Shown here: positions 30,905-41,429 of the stretch, one piece after another
How the letters are laid out: each line of letters begins with the position of its first letter
How positions within the stretch are numbered: the stretch's first letter is position 1
Assembly: GCA_963782045.1 (NCBI GenBank)
Contig: CAWAIR010000036.1
Coordinates: 32,828 to 96,827, forward strand
Length of the DNA: 64,000 nucleotides
Direction of reading: 5' to 3'
DNA from: an uncultured Alphaproteobacteria bacterium
GTDB taxonomy: Bacteria; Pseudomonadota; Alphaproteobacteria; Rhizobiales; Kaistiaceae
Notes under the pieces: model-generated
Databases searched by the model: none
Told to the model about the DNA's origin: nothing
Seen by the model: only the letters and a program-made list of their open reading frames with translations
Made by a program: the position numbers and the translations under genes

Positions 30905-30978
30905 CGATGATCAACTCCCTGGCCTCCCCGCGCGCGCTGCCAAGCGCAAGCGATCTCGCGGCGGCCCGCGTCCGGCTC

Positions 30979-31686
30979 TCAGCCCTTCGGCTGCCCGTAA
31001 TAGGCGCCGGCGCCATGCTTGCGGAAGAAATGCTTGTCGTGCAAATCGCGCAGCAGCGGCTGCGCCCCCGGATTGACGGCGAAGGTGTGCGTCGCCATGC
31101 GTGCAACATATTCCAGCGCCGCGGCGTTGTGCACCGCGTCGTCGGCGTCCCTGCCCCCATGCGAACGGCCCATGGCCGGCGACCAGCACCGCCGCCACCG
31201 CCGCCGGATCGAGCCCCAGTTCGCGGAACTTGCGCACGATCACCGCGCCCGTCTCCTTCTCGTATTCGCCGCCGATCTCCTGCGGCATCATGTCGTCGGT
31301 GTACCGGCACGGCGCCGTGGAAGTAGTCGGCATGGGTGGTGCCGAGGCAGGGGATCGGCCGCCGCGCCTGCGCCCACGCCGTGGCGAATTCCGAATGGGT
31401 GTGGGCGACGCCGCCGATATTGGGGAATGCCTTGTAGAGCTCGAGGTGGGTGGGCAGATCCGACGAGGGCCGGAGATTGCTTTCGACCACGCGCCCGTCG
31501 AGGTCAGTGACCACGATCGTCGCCGGCGTCAATTCGTCGTAGGGGACACCGCTCGGCTTGATCGCGACCAGGCCCTTGTCGCGGTCTATTCCGCTGACAT
31601 TGCCGAAAGTAAACTTGACGACGCCCTCGCGAACCAGCTCGCTGGTTCGCCTTCATGACGTCTTCACGCAGTTTGGCGAGCAGCAT
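30979..31686 (-). pseudogene. araD: L-ribulose-5-phosphate 4-epimerase, three frame breaks
   Basis: Four collinear pieces:
- [16 protein letters not shown]
- [31 protein letters not shown]...[13 protein letters not shown]
- [19 protein letters not shown]...[10 protein letters not shown]
- [17 protein letters not shown]...YYGQPKG

The breaks are near 31638-31641, 31304-31305 and the C5 run at 31155-31159. Confidence 0.9.
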
Positions 31687-31801
31687 GGGCGGTCAACGGC
31701 GGTTGTCGGGATTCTTCTGGCAAAGCGCTTTACCCTTATAGTATTATGAATAGGCCATCCGGCATGCTTGTGCAATGCATGGCCAGGAAACCAGCGAGAC
31801 G

Positions 31802-33364
31802 ATGCCCACACAACCCAAAAAGACACCCGCGACGTCGCGCAGCGCGCGCGCCTCCGGGGCGGCCCCGGCCGCCACCACCATCGATTTTGCGCCGCTCGAG
31901 GCGTGGTTCATCACCGGCAGCCAGCACCTCTATGGAGCGGAGACGCTGGCCAAGGTCGAAACGCAGGCCCGCCAGGTCCAGGCCGGCCTCAGCGAGGCCG
32001 GCCTGCCGATCCGGCTTGTCTTCAAGCCGATCGTCACGACGCCGGACGAGATCAGGAACACGCTGATCGAGGCCAGTGCCGCGCCGAACTGCATCGGCGT
32101 GGTGGTGTGGATGCACACCTTCAGCCCCGCCAAGATGTGGATCGGCGGGCTGACCCGGCTGACCAAGCCGCTGTGCCACCTGCACACCCAGTTCGGTCGC
32201 GACATTCCCTGGTCGACGATCGACATGGATTTCATGAACCTCAACCAGTCGGCGCACGGCGACCGCGAATTCGGCCACATCTGCGCCCGGCTGCGCATCC
32301 CCCGCAAGGTGATCGTCGGCCACTGGAAGGAAAAGGGCGTCGCCGCCTCGATGTCGGTGTGGCTGCGTGCCGCCGCCGGCTGGCATGAGCTGCAGCACCT
32401 CAAGCTTGCCCGTCTCGGCGACAATATGCGTCAGGTGGCGGTGACCGAGGGCGACAAGGTCGAGGCCGAGATCAGGTTCGGCATGTCGGTCAACGGATTC
32501 GGCCTGGGCGACCTGGTCAGGTTCCAGGATCAGGTCACCGACGCCGCCATCGACCGGCTCTGCGCCGAATACGACGATAGCTACACCATGATGCCGGTAC
32601 TGCGGCAGAACGGCGCGCGCCGGCAGTCGCTGCGCGATGCGGCCCGCATCGAGCTGGCGCTCCGCGCCTTCCTCGCCGACGGCGGCTTCTTGGCCTTCAC
32701 CGACACCTTCGAGAATTTGACTGGCCTCAAGCAGCTCCCCGGCATCGGCCCGCAGCGGCTGATGGCCGAAGGCTATGGTTTCGGCGCCGAGGGCGACTGG
32801 AAGCACTCGGCCCTGGTGCGTGCGATGAAGGTGATGGCGCACGGCCTCAAGGGCGGCACCAGCTTCATGGAGGACTACACCTACCACTTCGATCCCGCCG
32901 GCCCGGCCGTGCTCGGCGCCCACATGCTCGAGATTTGCCCGTCGATCGCCAAGGGCAAGCCGTCATGCGAGGTCCATCCGCTGGGCATCGGCGGCAAGGA
33001 GGACCCGGTCCGCCTGGTCTTCGATTCGCAGACCGGCGACGCCCTCAACGCCACCATCGTCGACCTGGGCAACCGTTTCCGCCTGGTGGTCAACACGGTC
33101 AAGGCCGTACCGCCGCCGCAGAAGCTGCCCAAGCTGCCGGTCGCCCGCGTGCTGTGGCGACCGGAGCCCAGCCTCGCGGTTGGCGCGGCCGCCTGGATCT
33201 ATGCCGGCGGCGCCCACCACACCGGCTTCTCGCTGGCGCTGACCCCGGAGTATCTGGAGGACTTCGCCGAAATCGCCGGCATCGAGTACCTGCTGATCGA
33301 CGGCGAAACCGAGCTTCGCCAGTTCCGCAACGAGATCCGGCTGAACGATTCCGCCTATGCCTGA
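31802..33364 (+). CDS. araA: L-arabinose isomerase
   Basis: ATG at 31802 (alternative 31775). [35 protein letters not shown] and YAGGAHHTG are AraA motifs. Frame intact. Confidence 0.9.
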
Positions 33365-33396
33365 GGTGGAAGGAAGCAGCGGGCGCGTTGCGGCGT

Positions 33397-33435
33397 ATTA
33401 GTAAGACAAAAGGGTTGTCTGGCTCATTAGTAAGA
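33397..33435 (+). promoter_or_regulatory. direct repeat ATTAGTAAGA x2 enclosing an AGACAA/TTGTCT inverted repeat; candidate operator upstream of ytfQ
   Basis: ATTAGTAAGA occurs at 33397-33406 and 33426-33435. AGACAA (33404-33409) and TTGTCT (33415-33420) form the inverted repeat. The context is AT-rich, 110-150 nt upstream of the ytfQ ATG. Confidence 0.35.
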
Positions 33436-33547
33436 TGATATGAGAATAGCGGTGGCTGGGTAACGGCGGAGCTGCAGGAGCATCGCCGGGCAGGCCCCCA
33501 AGGGGCCGGCCACCGAGATCACGGTCCATAGGAATCGGGAGGGTTTA

Positions 33548-34477
33548 ATGCAGACTTTTAAATGGGTTGGCGGCGCAGTGGCCGCCACGGCGATGTTGCT
33601 TGCGGGGACGTCGGCTTTCGCCGTGACCATCGGCTTTTCGCAGGTGGGCGACGAGGGCGACTGGCGCCCCGCATTCTCCAAGGACATGCAGGACACGGCC
33701 AAGCAGATGGGCATCGACCTGAAGTTCGCCGACGCCCAAGGCAAGCAGGAAGACCAGTTGAAGGCGGTCCGCGGCTTCATCGCTCAGGGCGTTGACGCCA
33801 TCCTCATTGCCCCGGTGGTCGTCACCGGCTGGGACCAGGTCCTCAAGGAAGCCAAGGATGCCAAGATCCCGGTATTCCTGGCTGACCGCGACGTCGACGT
33901 TCAGGACAAGTCGCTCTACGTCACCCGCATTTCGGCCGACTTCAACCTCGAAGGCAAGATCGCCGGCGCATGGCTGGCCCAGGCCTCCAAGGGCCAGTGC
34001 GACATCGTCGAAGAGCAGGGCACCGTCGGTTCGGCTCCCGCGATCGAGCGCAAGAAGGGCTTCGAAGCCGTCATTTCGCAGTTCCCCGGCATGAAGATCG
34101 TCAAGAGCCAGAGCGGCGACTTCACGACCGACGGCGGCAAGAAGGTCATGGAAGCCTTCATCAAGGCGACCGACAACCTGAAGGGCATCTGCGCGTCGTT
34201 TGCTCATAACGACAACATGCAGCTCGGCGCCATTCAGGCCATGAAGGAAGCCGGCCTCAACCCGGGCAAGGACGTGCTGATGGTTTCGGTCGACTACGTC
34301 CCGGCCATGAAGGACGAGCTGGCGAAGGGCGAGGCCAATGCCTCGGTCGAGCTGCGCTCGGCGATCGGCAAGTACATCTACCCGGTCATCCTCGACTACC
34401 TGAAGGCTCCCAAGGAGCTGGATAAGTGGATCGTCATCCCGTCGGATCTGCACCACGCGGCGACGCCGCTCGACTAG
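33548..34477 (+). CDS. ytfQ: ABC transporter substrate-binding protein, YtfQ (galactofuranose-binding) type
   Basis: 309-aa ORF with a signal peptide. GFSQVGDEGDWRPAFSKDM and GVDAILIAPVV motifs. Followed by ytfR/ytfT/yjfF-like genes. Confidence 0.8.
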   Translation: MQTFKWVGGAVAATAMLLAGTSAFAVTIGFSQVGDEGDWRPAFSKDMQDTAKQMGIDLKFADAQGKQEDQLKAVRGFIAQGVDAILIAPVVVTGWDQVLKEAKDAKIPVFLADRDVDVQDKSLYVTRISADFNLEGKIAGAWLAQASKGQCDIVEEQGTVGSAPAIERKKGFEAVISQFPGMKIVKSQSGDFTTDGGKKVMEAFIKATDNLKGICASFAHNDNMQLGAIQAMKEAGLNPGKDVLMVSVDYVPAMKDELAKGEANASVELRSAIGKYIYPVILDYLKAPKELDKWIVIPSDLHHAATPLD

Positions 34478-34505
34478 GTTCGAGCCCCACACAGGTGTGA
34501 ATGGG

Positions 34506-34548
34506 AAGCGGCGCTTGGCCTTGGACATTGGCGAAGCGCCGCTTTTTC
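34506..34548 (+). terminator. strong hairpin plus T-run between ytfQ and ytfR (intra-operon attenuator/terminator)
   Basis: AAGCGGCGCTT (34506-34516) pairs with AAGCGCCGCTT (34534-34544), followed by TTT. Confidence 0.65.
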
Positions 34549-34597
34549 TTGGCGGGGTGTGCTAGGTTGACAGGCACAACTGAGCGGGACGGCCAGC

Positions 34598-36103
34598 GTG
34601 ACTGAGAATGGCATTGCGCGGGTGGAGATGCTCGGCATCTCCAAGACTTTCCCGGGTGTGCGGGCCCTCGAGAAGGTCGACCTGAGGCTGAACGCCGGCG
34701 AAGTTCATGCGCTCCTCGGCGAGAACGGCGCCGGCAAATCGACCCTCATCAAGGTCCTCACGGGCGCGCTCATTGCCGACGACGGCGAGATTCGTCTCGA
34801 CGGCAAGCCGGTTCACATCCGCACCACCGCCGACGCCCAGGCGCTGGGCATCAGCACCGTCTATCAGGAAGTCAACCTGATCCCGACCATGACGGTCACC
34901 AAGAACCTGACGCTTGAGCGCCAGGTACGCCGACGCGGCGTCATTTCCTGGCGCAAGTCGCGCGACATGGCCCGCCAGCGCCTGCAGCGCCTCAATCTCG
35001 ACATCGATGTCGAGCGGCCTCTCGGCTCCTATTCGGTGGCCATCCAGCAGCTCATCGCCATTGCCCGGGCGCTCGAGGAGAACACGCGCGTGCTGGTGCT
35101 CGACGAGCCCACCGCCAGCCTCGACGCGACCGAGACCAAGCTGCTTTTCCAGATCGTCCGCGACCTCAAGTCGCAAGGCATCGCCATCGCCTTCATCACC
35201 CACTTCATCGACCAGGTTTACGAAATTTCCGACCGCATTTCGGTGTTGCGCAACGGCCGTCTGGTCGGCGAGGCGCTGACCGCCGAGCTGCCCCAGGTGA
35301 AGCTGATCTCGATGATGATCGGCCGCGAGCTCGAGCAGGTCGAGAAGCGCATGGCCGGCCCCGCCGGGCAAGCCACGGCCGAACCGATCCTGGTGGCCGA
35401 GGGCCTCGGCCGCAAGCGCACGATGGAGCCATTCGATCTCGCCTTGCGTCCCGGCGAAGTCGTCGGGCTGGCCGGACTTCTGGGGTCCGGCCGCACGGAG
35501 ACCGCCAAGCTGATGTTCGGCGCGATCCGTCCGGATTCGGGCCAGCTCAAGGTGCGCGGCACGACCGTCACCCACAACTCGACGCGCCAGGCGCTGCACA
35601 ACGGCATCGCCTTCTGCCCGGAGGACCGCAAGGCCGAGGGCCTGGTCGGCGAGCTCAGCGTGCGCGAGAACATCATGCTCGGCCTTCAGCTCAAGCGCGG
35701 CTGGTTCAACCTGCTGTCCCAGGACCAGCAGAAGAAGCTTGCCGAGGAGATGATCCGCGCGCTCAACATCGCCACGCCCGATGCCGAGAAGCCGGTCAAC
35801 CAGCTCTCCGGCGGCAACCAGCAGAAGGTCGTGCTGGCGCGTTCGCTGACGTCGCAACCGGCGATCCTGATCCTCGACGAGCCGACGCGCGGCATCGACG
35901 TCGGCGCCCACGCCGAGATCGTCGCGCTCATTCGCCGCCTCTGCGGCGATGGCCTAGCCCTGCTGGTCGCTTCCTCCGAATTCGACGAGCTGGTTGCCGT
36001 CAGCGACCGTGTCGCGGTCCTCCGCGACCGCAAGAAGGTCGGCGAGATGGTCGGCGACGACATCACCCGCGAGAACATCATTCACACGATTGCAGCCGGA
36101 TGA
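34598..36103 (+). CDS. ytfR: sugar ABC transporter ATP-binding protein, duplicated NBD (YtfR type)
   Basis: GTG at 34598. Two Walker A motifs (GENGAGKST, GLLGSGRTE), two signature motifs (the second LSGGNQQK), and Walker B motifs LVLDEPT and LILDEPT. Confidence 0.9.
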   Translation: MTENGIARVEMLGISKTFPGVRALEKVDLRLNAGEVHALLGENGAGKSTLIKVLTGALIADDGEIRLDGKPVHIRTTADAQALGISTVYQEVNLIPTMTVTKNLTLERQVRRRGVISWRKSRDMARQRLQRLNLDIDVERPLGSYSVAIQQLIAIARALEENTRVLVLDEPTASLDATETKLLFQIVRDLKSQGIAIAFITHFIDQVYEISDRISVLRNGRLVGEALTAELPQVKLISMMIGRELEQVEKRMAGPAGQATAEPILVAEGLGRKRTMEPFDLALRPGEVVGLAGLLGSGRTETAKLMFGAIRPDSGQLKVRGTTVTHNSTRQALHNGIAFCPEDRKAEGLVGELSVRENIMLGLQLKRGWFNLLSQDQQKKLAEEMIRALNIATPDAEKPVNQLSGGNQQKVVLARSLTSQPAILILDEPTRGIDVGAHAEIVALIRRLCGDGLALLVASSEFDELVAVSDRVAVLRDRKKVGEMVGDDITRENIIHTIAAG

Positions 36104-37156
36104 GCACGCATCAATCCACTGCCGTTGCAGAGACAAGGACCTTTGGCGAGCGCCTGCGCGCCATCCTCGCTCACCGCGCCGTCTGGCCACTGGCGGCGCT
36201 GGCGGTGATCCTCATCATCGACGGCATCATCGCGCCCAACTTCTTCTCGATCCGTATCGTCCAGGGGCGCCTGTTCGGCAGCCTCATCGACATCGTCTAT
36301 CGCGGCATGCCGCCGGCAATGCTCGCCCTCGGCATGGCGGTGGTGATCGGCACCAAGGGTATCGATCTGTCCGTCGGCTCGATCATCGCGGTGGTCGGTG
36401 CCACCATCGCCTGGCGCATGCATGAAGGCGATCCGCACGTCGTCATCCTGCTGATTGCGCTTGCCGTCGGCCTGCTGTGCGGCCTGTGGAACGGCTTCCT
36501 GGTCGCCATCCTCGACATCCAGCCGATCATCGCGACTCTGATCCTCATGGTCTCCGGCCGCGGCATCGGCTTGATGATCAACCTCATCTATGGCGGCACC
36601 AATCCGAGCTTTGAAAGCCCACTGTTGCAGGGCCTCAGCGTCGGCAGCATCGGCCTCATCCCGACCCGTCTCTATGTCGGCGTGGTGGTCTTCATCCTGC
36701 TTTGGCTGCTGATCCGTCGAACGGCTCTCGGCCTGTTCCTCGAGTTCGGTCGGCGCCAATTCCGCCGCGGCCGACCTTGCCGGGATCAATGCGCGACTGG
36801 TCAAATACAGCGCCTACCTGATCTCGGGCCTGTTGTCGGGTGTGGCGGGCATCATCATGACGGCCGACACCCACACTTCGGACCCGGTCAGCGTCGCGCT
36901 GTTCAGCGAGCTGGATGCCATCCTCGCGGTGGTCATCGGCGGCGGCTCGCTGGCAGGCGGCCGCATCTATCTCGGCATGACGCTGATCGGCGTTCTCATC
37001 ATCCAGGCGCTGACCACCTCGATCCTGATGAGTGGCCTGCCGCCCGAATACAACCTGCTGGTCAAGGCGGTCGTCGTGCTGTTCGTGCTGCTCCTGCAGT
37101 CGAACAACTTCCGCGCCGCCGTGGTTCTGCTATTCCGCCGGAGGAAAGCATCATGA
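36100..37156 (+). pseudogene. ytfT: sugar ABC transporter permease (YtfT type), frame broken by one extra T
   Basis: The frame reads ...RRTALGLFLE up to 36744. The conserved continuation SVGANSAAADLAGINARLVKYSAYLISGLLSGVAGIIMTAD... is in the +1 frame from 36746 and stops at 37156. The break is at TT 36745-36746. Confidence 0.85.
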
Positions 37157-38115
37157 GGGAGCGCTACCTGCCGCTGACCGCGACGATCATTGTCTTCGCG
37201 GCGCTGTTCATCACCGGCGGCCTCCTCTACAAGAATTTCTTCTCGACCCTGGTGCTCGGTCACATCCTCGCCGACAACGCCTTCATCATCACCGCGGCGA
37301 TCGGCACCACCTTCGTCATCATCTCCGGCGGCATCGATCTGTCGATCGGCTCGATGATCGGCTTCGTCGGCGTGTGCATGGGGAGCTTGGACGTCGCCGG
37401 CTGGCACCCGCTTGCCTCCGCCGCGCTGATGCTTGGCTTCGGCATCATGTTCGGCGCCTTCCTCGGCTTCATCATCGATTTCTGCGAGATTCAGCCGTTC
37501 ATCATCACGCTTGCCGGCCTGTTCATGCTGCGCGGCGCCTGCTTCATGGTAACGCTGGATTCCATCCCCATCCGCCATCCCTTCGTCGCCGCTTTCGCCG
37601 GCGCCAACATCCCCCTGCCCGGCCGCGGTTTCCTGGCCAGTTCCGCCATCGTCATGCTCGTGGTCTGGGTGGCGGCCATCGTCATCGCCCATTTCACCCG
37701 CTTCGGCACCAACGTCTACGCCATCGGCGGCGACCGCACCTCGGCGATCCTCATGGGTGTGCCGATCCGCAGGACCACCATGATGATCTACGCGCTCGGC
37801 GGCTTCTACAGCGCGCTCGGCGGCGTCATCTACGCGCTCTACACCTCCTCCGGCTATCCGCTGGCGGGCACCGGCGGCGAGCTCAATGCCATCGCCGCCG
37901 TCGTGCTCGGCGGCACCCTCCTGACCGGCGGTGTCGGAATGGTCGCCGGCACCCTTTTCGGTGGCATGATCCTCGGCCTGATCGCCACGCTGATCATCTT
38001 CAACGGTTCGCTCAACGGCGCCTGGATCATGATCACCAGCGGCGTTCTGCTGTTCCTGTTCATCGTGATGCAGCGTTCGCTCGTCGGCTCCTTCAGCTTG
38101 CGACGCGCGACGTAA
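37153..38115 (+). CDS. yjfF: sugar ABC transporter permease (YjfF type)
   Basis: ATG at 37153 overlaps the restored ytfT stop (ATGA). Polytopic membrane protein with GGIDLSIGS and VLGGTLLTGGVG motifs. Confidence 0.85.
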   Translation: MRERYLPLTATIIVFAALFITGGLLYKNFFSTLVLGHILADNAFIITAAIGTTFVIISGGIDLSIGSMIGFVGVCMGSLDVAGWHPLASAALMLGFGIMFGAFLGFIIDFCEIQPFIITLAGLFMLRGACFMVTLDSIPIRHPFVAAFAGANIPLPGRGFLASSAIVMLVVWVAAIVIAHFTRFGTNVYAIGGDRTSAILMGVPIRRTTMMIYALGGFYSALGGVIYALYTSSGYPLAGTGGELNAIAAVVLGGTLLTGGVGMVAGTLFGGMILGLIATLIIFNGSLNGAWIMITSGVLLFLFIVMQRSLVGSFSLRRAT

Positions 38116-38131
38116 TATCCTAGGAGGCGCC

Positions 38132-39019
38132 ATGCCGCAGTCGAGCCGTGCCCGCCTCATCTCGAAAGTGAAGCCCTTGCGGGCCGAAACGCCCTCCGAG
38201 CGCGGTGGCGGCGACGGCTTCGTCGAGCGCAACGTCTACGCCTATATCGCCCACAAGCTTGGCTGCGAGATCGTCGCCGGGGTCTTCCCGCAGGGCTCGC
38301 TGCTGCCCAACGAGGCCGAGATGCGCGCCCGCTTCGCGGTGTCGCGCACGGCGCTGCGCGAGGCGTACAGCGTGCTGGCCGCCAAGGGGCTGATCCTGCC
38401 GCGACCCAAGATCGGCACCCGCGTCCGTCAAAAGAGCGACTGGAACATGCTCGACCCCGAGGTGCTCACCTGGCACCTGGAGGCCGTTCCCAACGAGGAA
38501 TTCATCTCCGAGCTCTACACGCTGCGCGACATGATCGAACCTGCCGCGGCGGCGCTCGCCGCGGCAGAGCGCTCCGAGGCCACCATCGAGCAGATCGAAA
38601 CGGCCTTCGCCGAAATGGTGCGCTGCAAGGACGGCGAAGGCGACCTCATCGCGGCCGATCTGCGTTTCCATCTCGGCATCCTCAACGCCACCGGCAACCA
38701 CTTCCTCGGCGCCTTCGGCAGCCTCATCTACGCAGCGTTGTTCTCGACCTTCAGGCTGAGCTGGGAGGGCGCGGCCCGCATCCGCGACGAGCGGCTCGAT
38801 CAGCACGGCGCCCTCATCGAGGCGATCCGCGAGCGGAACCCGGAGGCGGCCCACGAGCGCATGCGCGCGCTCATCACCGATTCGCTCGGCGACGTGCGAG
38901 AGTTCCTCCGCCAGCGCGACGAGCGCGCCGGCCGTTCGCCGCCAGCCGCCCCGGTCCGCGAAGCGGCGGGTGCCGGCGGGCGGGCGGAGAAATCCGGCCG
39001 ACACCCCGGCTCGGCCTGA
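38132..39019 (+). CDS. GntR/FadR family transcriptional regulator (FCD domain)
   Basis: wHTH LPNEAEMRARFAVSRTALREAYSVLAAKGLI, then an FCD-type helical domain (LRDMIEPAAAALAA, DLRFHLGILNATGN). Confidence 0.85.
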   Translation: MPQSSRARLISKVKPLRAETPSERGGGDGFVERNVYAYIAHKLGCEIVAGVFPQGSLLPNEAEMRARFAVSRTALREAYSVLAAKGLILPRPKIGTRVRQKSDWNMLDPEVLTWHLEAVPNEEFISELYTLRDMIEPAAAALAAAERSEATIEQIETAFAEMVRCKDGEGDLIAADLRFHLGILNATGNHFLGAFGSLIYAALFSTFRLSWEGAARIRDERLDQHGALIEAIRERNPEAAHERMRALITDSLGDVREFLRQRDERAGRSPPAAPVREAAGAGGRAEKSGRHPGSA

Positions 39020-39056
39020 CCCGGAACCGCTTGGCCCGGTTTTCGGGCTGCGCCCT

Positions 39057-40130
39057 TCACTGCACCTTGCCGCGCGCCGCCACCGGGTAGACCGTCTCCA
39101 CCTGGCCCTTGCGCACACCGTAGACGCGGTCGGTCAGGTTGGTCACCACGCAGACATGGTTGGGGATGACGCGGACTCGCTCGCCGATCTTGGGCGCCGT
39201 GGCGCCGGGCGACACGTGGACCTGGCCATGCTCCTCGCTGAGCGCCCGGATCTGCCAGTCCGGGTGCTCGGCGATGCGGCCGTAGTTCGTCAGGCCGAAG
39301 AGATCGGAGGACAGGCTCTTCGACCCGGCATCGATGATGCAGCGATCCGGCGCGGCATGCGAGACGACGTGGGCGTGGATGGTGAGCGCGCAATCCTCGA
39401 AGGTGCCGAGGCCGGAGGCTTCGACCTGCGAGCGGTCGCTGTAGATGTAGGTGCCCGGCCGGTGCTCGGTCGCCGCCGTCACCTCGTGGGCGCGATAGAG
39501 GTCGGGCGTGCCGCCGTTGCTGACGATCCCGACGTCGAGCCCGGCGCGGACGCAGAGGTCCACCGCCTCGGCCAGCCACGCCTGCACCGCCGCCGTGCCG
39601 CCGCGCGGCGGATAGGTCATCAACCCGCGGAAGCCGAGGCCGGGCGACCGTTCGATGGTCTGGGCAAGCTTGAGCGCGGCGGCCGGCGTCGTCACCCCGC
39701 AGCGGAGCGCCCCGGTGTCGCATTCGACCAGCACCGGCAGGATCACCCCGGCATGGGACATGGTCGCCGACAGCCCATCCACCACCTCGGCCGAATCGGC
39801 CACCACCTTGATGTCGGCGCGGCGGGCCAGCCCCACCAGCCGGTCGAGCTTGGCCTGGCCGAGGATGTTGTAGGTGAGCAGGATGTCGCCGATGCCGGCA
39901 TCGACCATCACCTCGGCCTCGCCGAGCTTCTGGCAGTTGATCCCCTTCGCCCCGAGCTTCAGTTGCAGGTGGGCGAATTCGGGGATCTTGTGGGTCTTGA
40001 TGTGCGGCCTCAGCGCCAACCCGTGGCCGTCGAGGTAGCTCTGGCAGCGCTTGAGGTTGGCCTCCATAACGTCGAGGTCGACCACAACCGATGGGGTATC
40101 GAGATCCTCGACCGATATTCCGTTCATCAT
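39057..40130 (-). CDS. D-TA/DSD1 family PLP-dependent enzyme (alanine-racemase-fold, D-threonine aldolase / D-serine dehydratase-like)
   Basis: ATG at 40130. [26 protein letters not shown] (PLP lysine context), and C-terminal SEEHG...IPNHVC. Confidence 0.75.
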
Positions 40131-40287
40131 CCCTGCTCCCGCCGCTGCCGATTTTCGCGCCTTGTCATATCGCCGCCATGGCGGCCGCCGCAATCGGCGC
40201 CGGGGGCCGGGGTCGCCGCCATTTGCCTTTCCTTGGCATTTCGTGCCCTACCTCTCGCCGGAGAATTCAAGCGGAACCTTTGCCCCT

Positions 40288-41304
40288 ATGCGCATTGCCG
40301 TCTTCAGCACCAAACCCTACGACCGCGTCTTCCTGCGCGAGGCGGCGGCGCGGACCGACCACCAGCTCGAATTCCTCGAACCGCATCTCGACCGCGCCAC
40401 GGTCCGCCTGGCGGAAGGGTTCCCAGCGGTCTGCGTCTTCGTCAACGACAACCTCGACGCGGAGGTGCTGGAGGCGCTCGCTGCCGGCGGTACGCGCCTG
40501 GTGGCGCTCCGCGCCGCCGGCTTCAACAATGTCGACCTGGAAGCGGCCGAGCGGCTCGGGCTCACAGTCGTCCGCGTGCCCGCCTATTCCCCGCACGCGG
40601 TCGCCGAGTTCACCATCGGTCTGCTGCTGGCGCTCGACCGGCGCATCCACCGCGCCTGGATGCGCGTGCGCGACAACAACTTCGCGTTGGAGGGCCTGAT
40701 CGGCCACGACCTCCACGGCAAGACGGTTGGCATCGTCGGCACCGGCCGCATCGGCGCGCTGGTGGCGCGCATCCTTCGCTTCGGCTTCGGCTGCGAGGTG
40801 CTCGCCTCCGACCGCTACCAAGTCGAGGAGCTGAAGCGGATCGGCGTCGGCTATACCAGCGTCGACACGCTGATCGCCCGTTCCGACATCATCACCCTGC
40901 ACTGCCCGCTGACGCCGGAAACCCACCATCTCATCGGCGAGGCGGCAATCGCCCGGGCCAAGCGTGGCTTTCTCCTCATCAACACCAGCCGCGGCGCCCT
41001 GATCGATGCCGAGGCGGTGATCGCGGGGCTGAAGTCCGGCCAGATCGGCGGCGTCGCGCTCGACGTCTACGAGCAGGAGGCCGACCTCTTCTTCGAGGAC
41101 CTGTCCAACGAGATCATCCAGGACGACGTCTTCCAGCGGCTGCTGACCTTCCCCAACGTGCTGATCACCGGCCACCAGGCCTTCTTTACCGAGGAAGCGC
41201 TGCGGGCGATCGCCGAGACCACCATGGCCAACATTGCGGAGGAGGAGGCCGGCCGCGCCTCGCCCAACCGGGTGCTGCGCGAGAAGGTCGCCGCCCGGCC
41301 ATGA
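40288..41304 (+). CDS. ldhA: D-isomer-specific 2-hydroxyacid dehydrogenase (D-lactate dehydrogenase type)
   Basis: ATG at 40288. [25 protein letters not shown] (NAD fold), [11 protein letters not shown] and ITGHQAFFT. Confidence 0.85.
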
Positions 41305-41399
41305 CCGCCATCCCCAACCATTACCGGATCGCGGCCATCGGCGGCGACGGCATCGGCCCCGAAGTGGTCGCCGCGGCCATCGAGGCCGCGGGGGACTGA
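41301..41399 (+). pseudogene. 32-codon N-terminal stub of an isocitrate/isopropylmalate/tartrate dehydrogenase-family gene
   Basis: ATG at 41301 overlaps the ldhA stop (ATGA). It reads [32 protein letters not shown] and then TGA. The IAAIGGDGIGPEV motif is the family's N-terminal signature. No continuation appears in any frame downstream. Confidence 0.6.
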
Positions 41400-41429
41400 T
41401 CCCCGGCCAGGCCCGAATTTGTCAGCAGG

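Noticed and set aside
36100-38115. 671-aa ORF suggesting a fused double permease
   Set aside because: The middle ~135 codons are Arg/Gly/Pro-rich nonsense. The conserved YtfT C-terminus is in the +1 frame and ends at 37156, overlapping the yjfF ATG.
38970-41399. 809-aa plus-strand ORF
   Set aside because: It is an antisense shadow of the D-TA-family gene followed by an out-of-frame run across ldhA. The composition is Arg/Pro/Gly-rich. Only its last 32 codons (the dehydrogenase stub) carry a recognisable motif.
23759-41400. Genomic island integrated at tRNA-Arg
   Set aside because: No integrase or mobility genes, no direct repeat of the tRNA 3' end that I could find in the window, and gene composition looks like the rest of the window. 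It is kept only as a low-interest synteny question.
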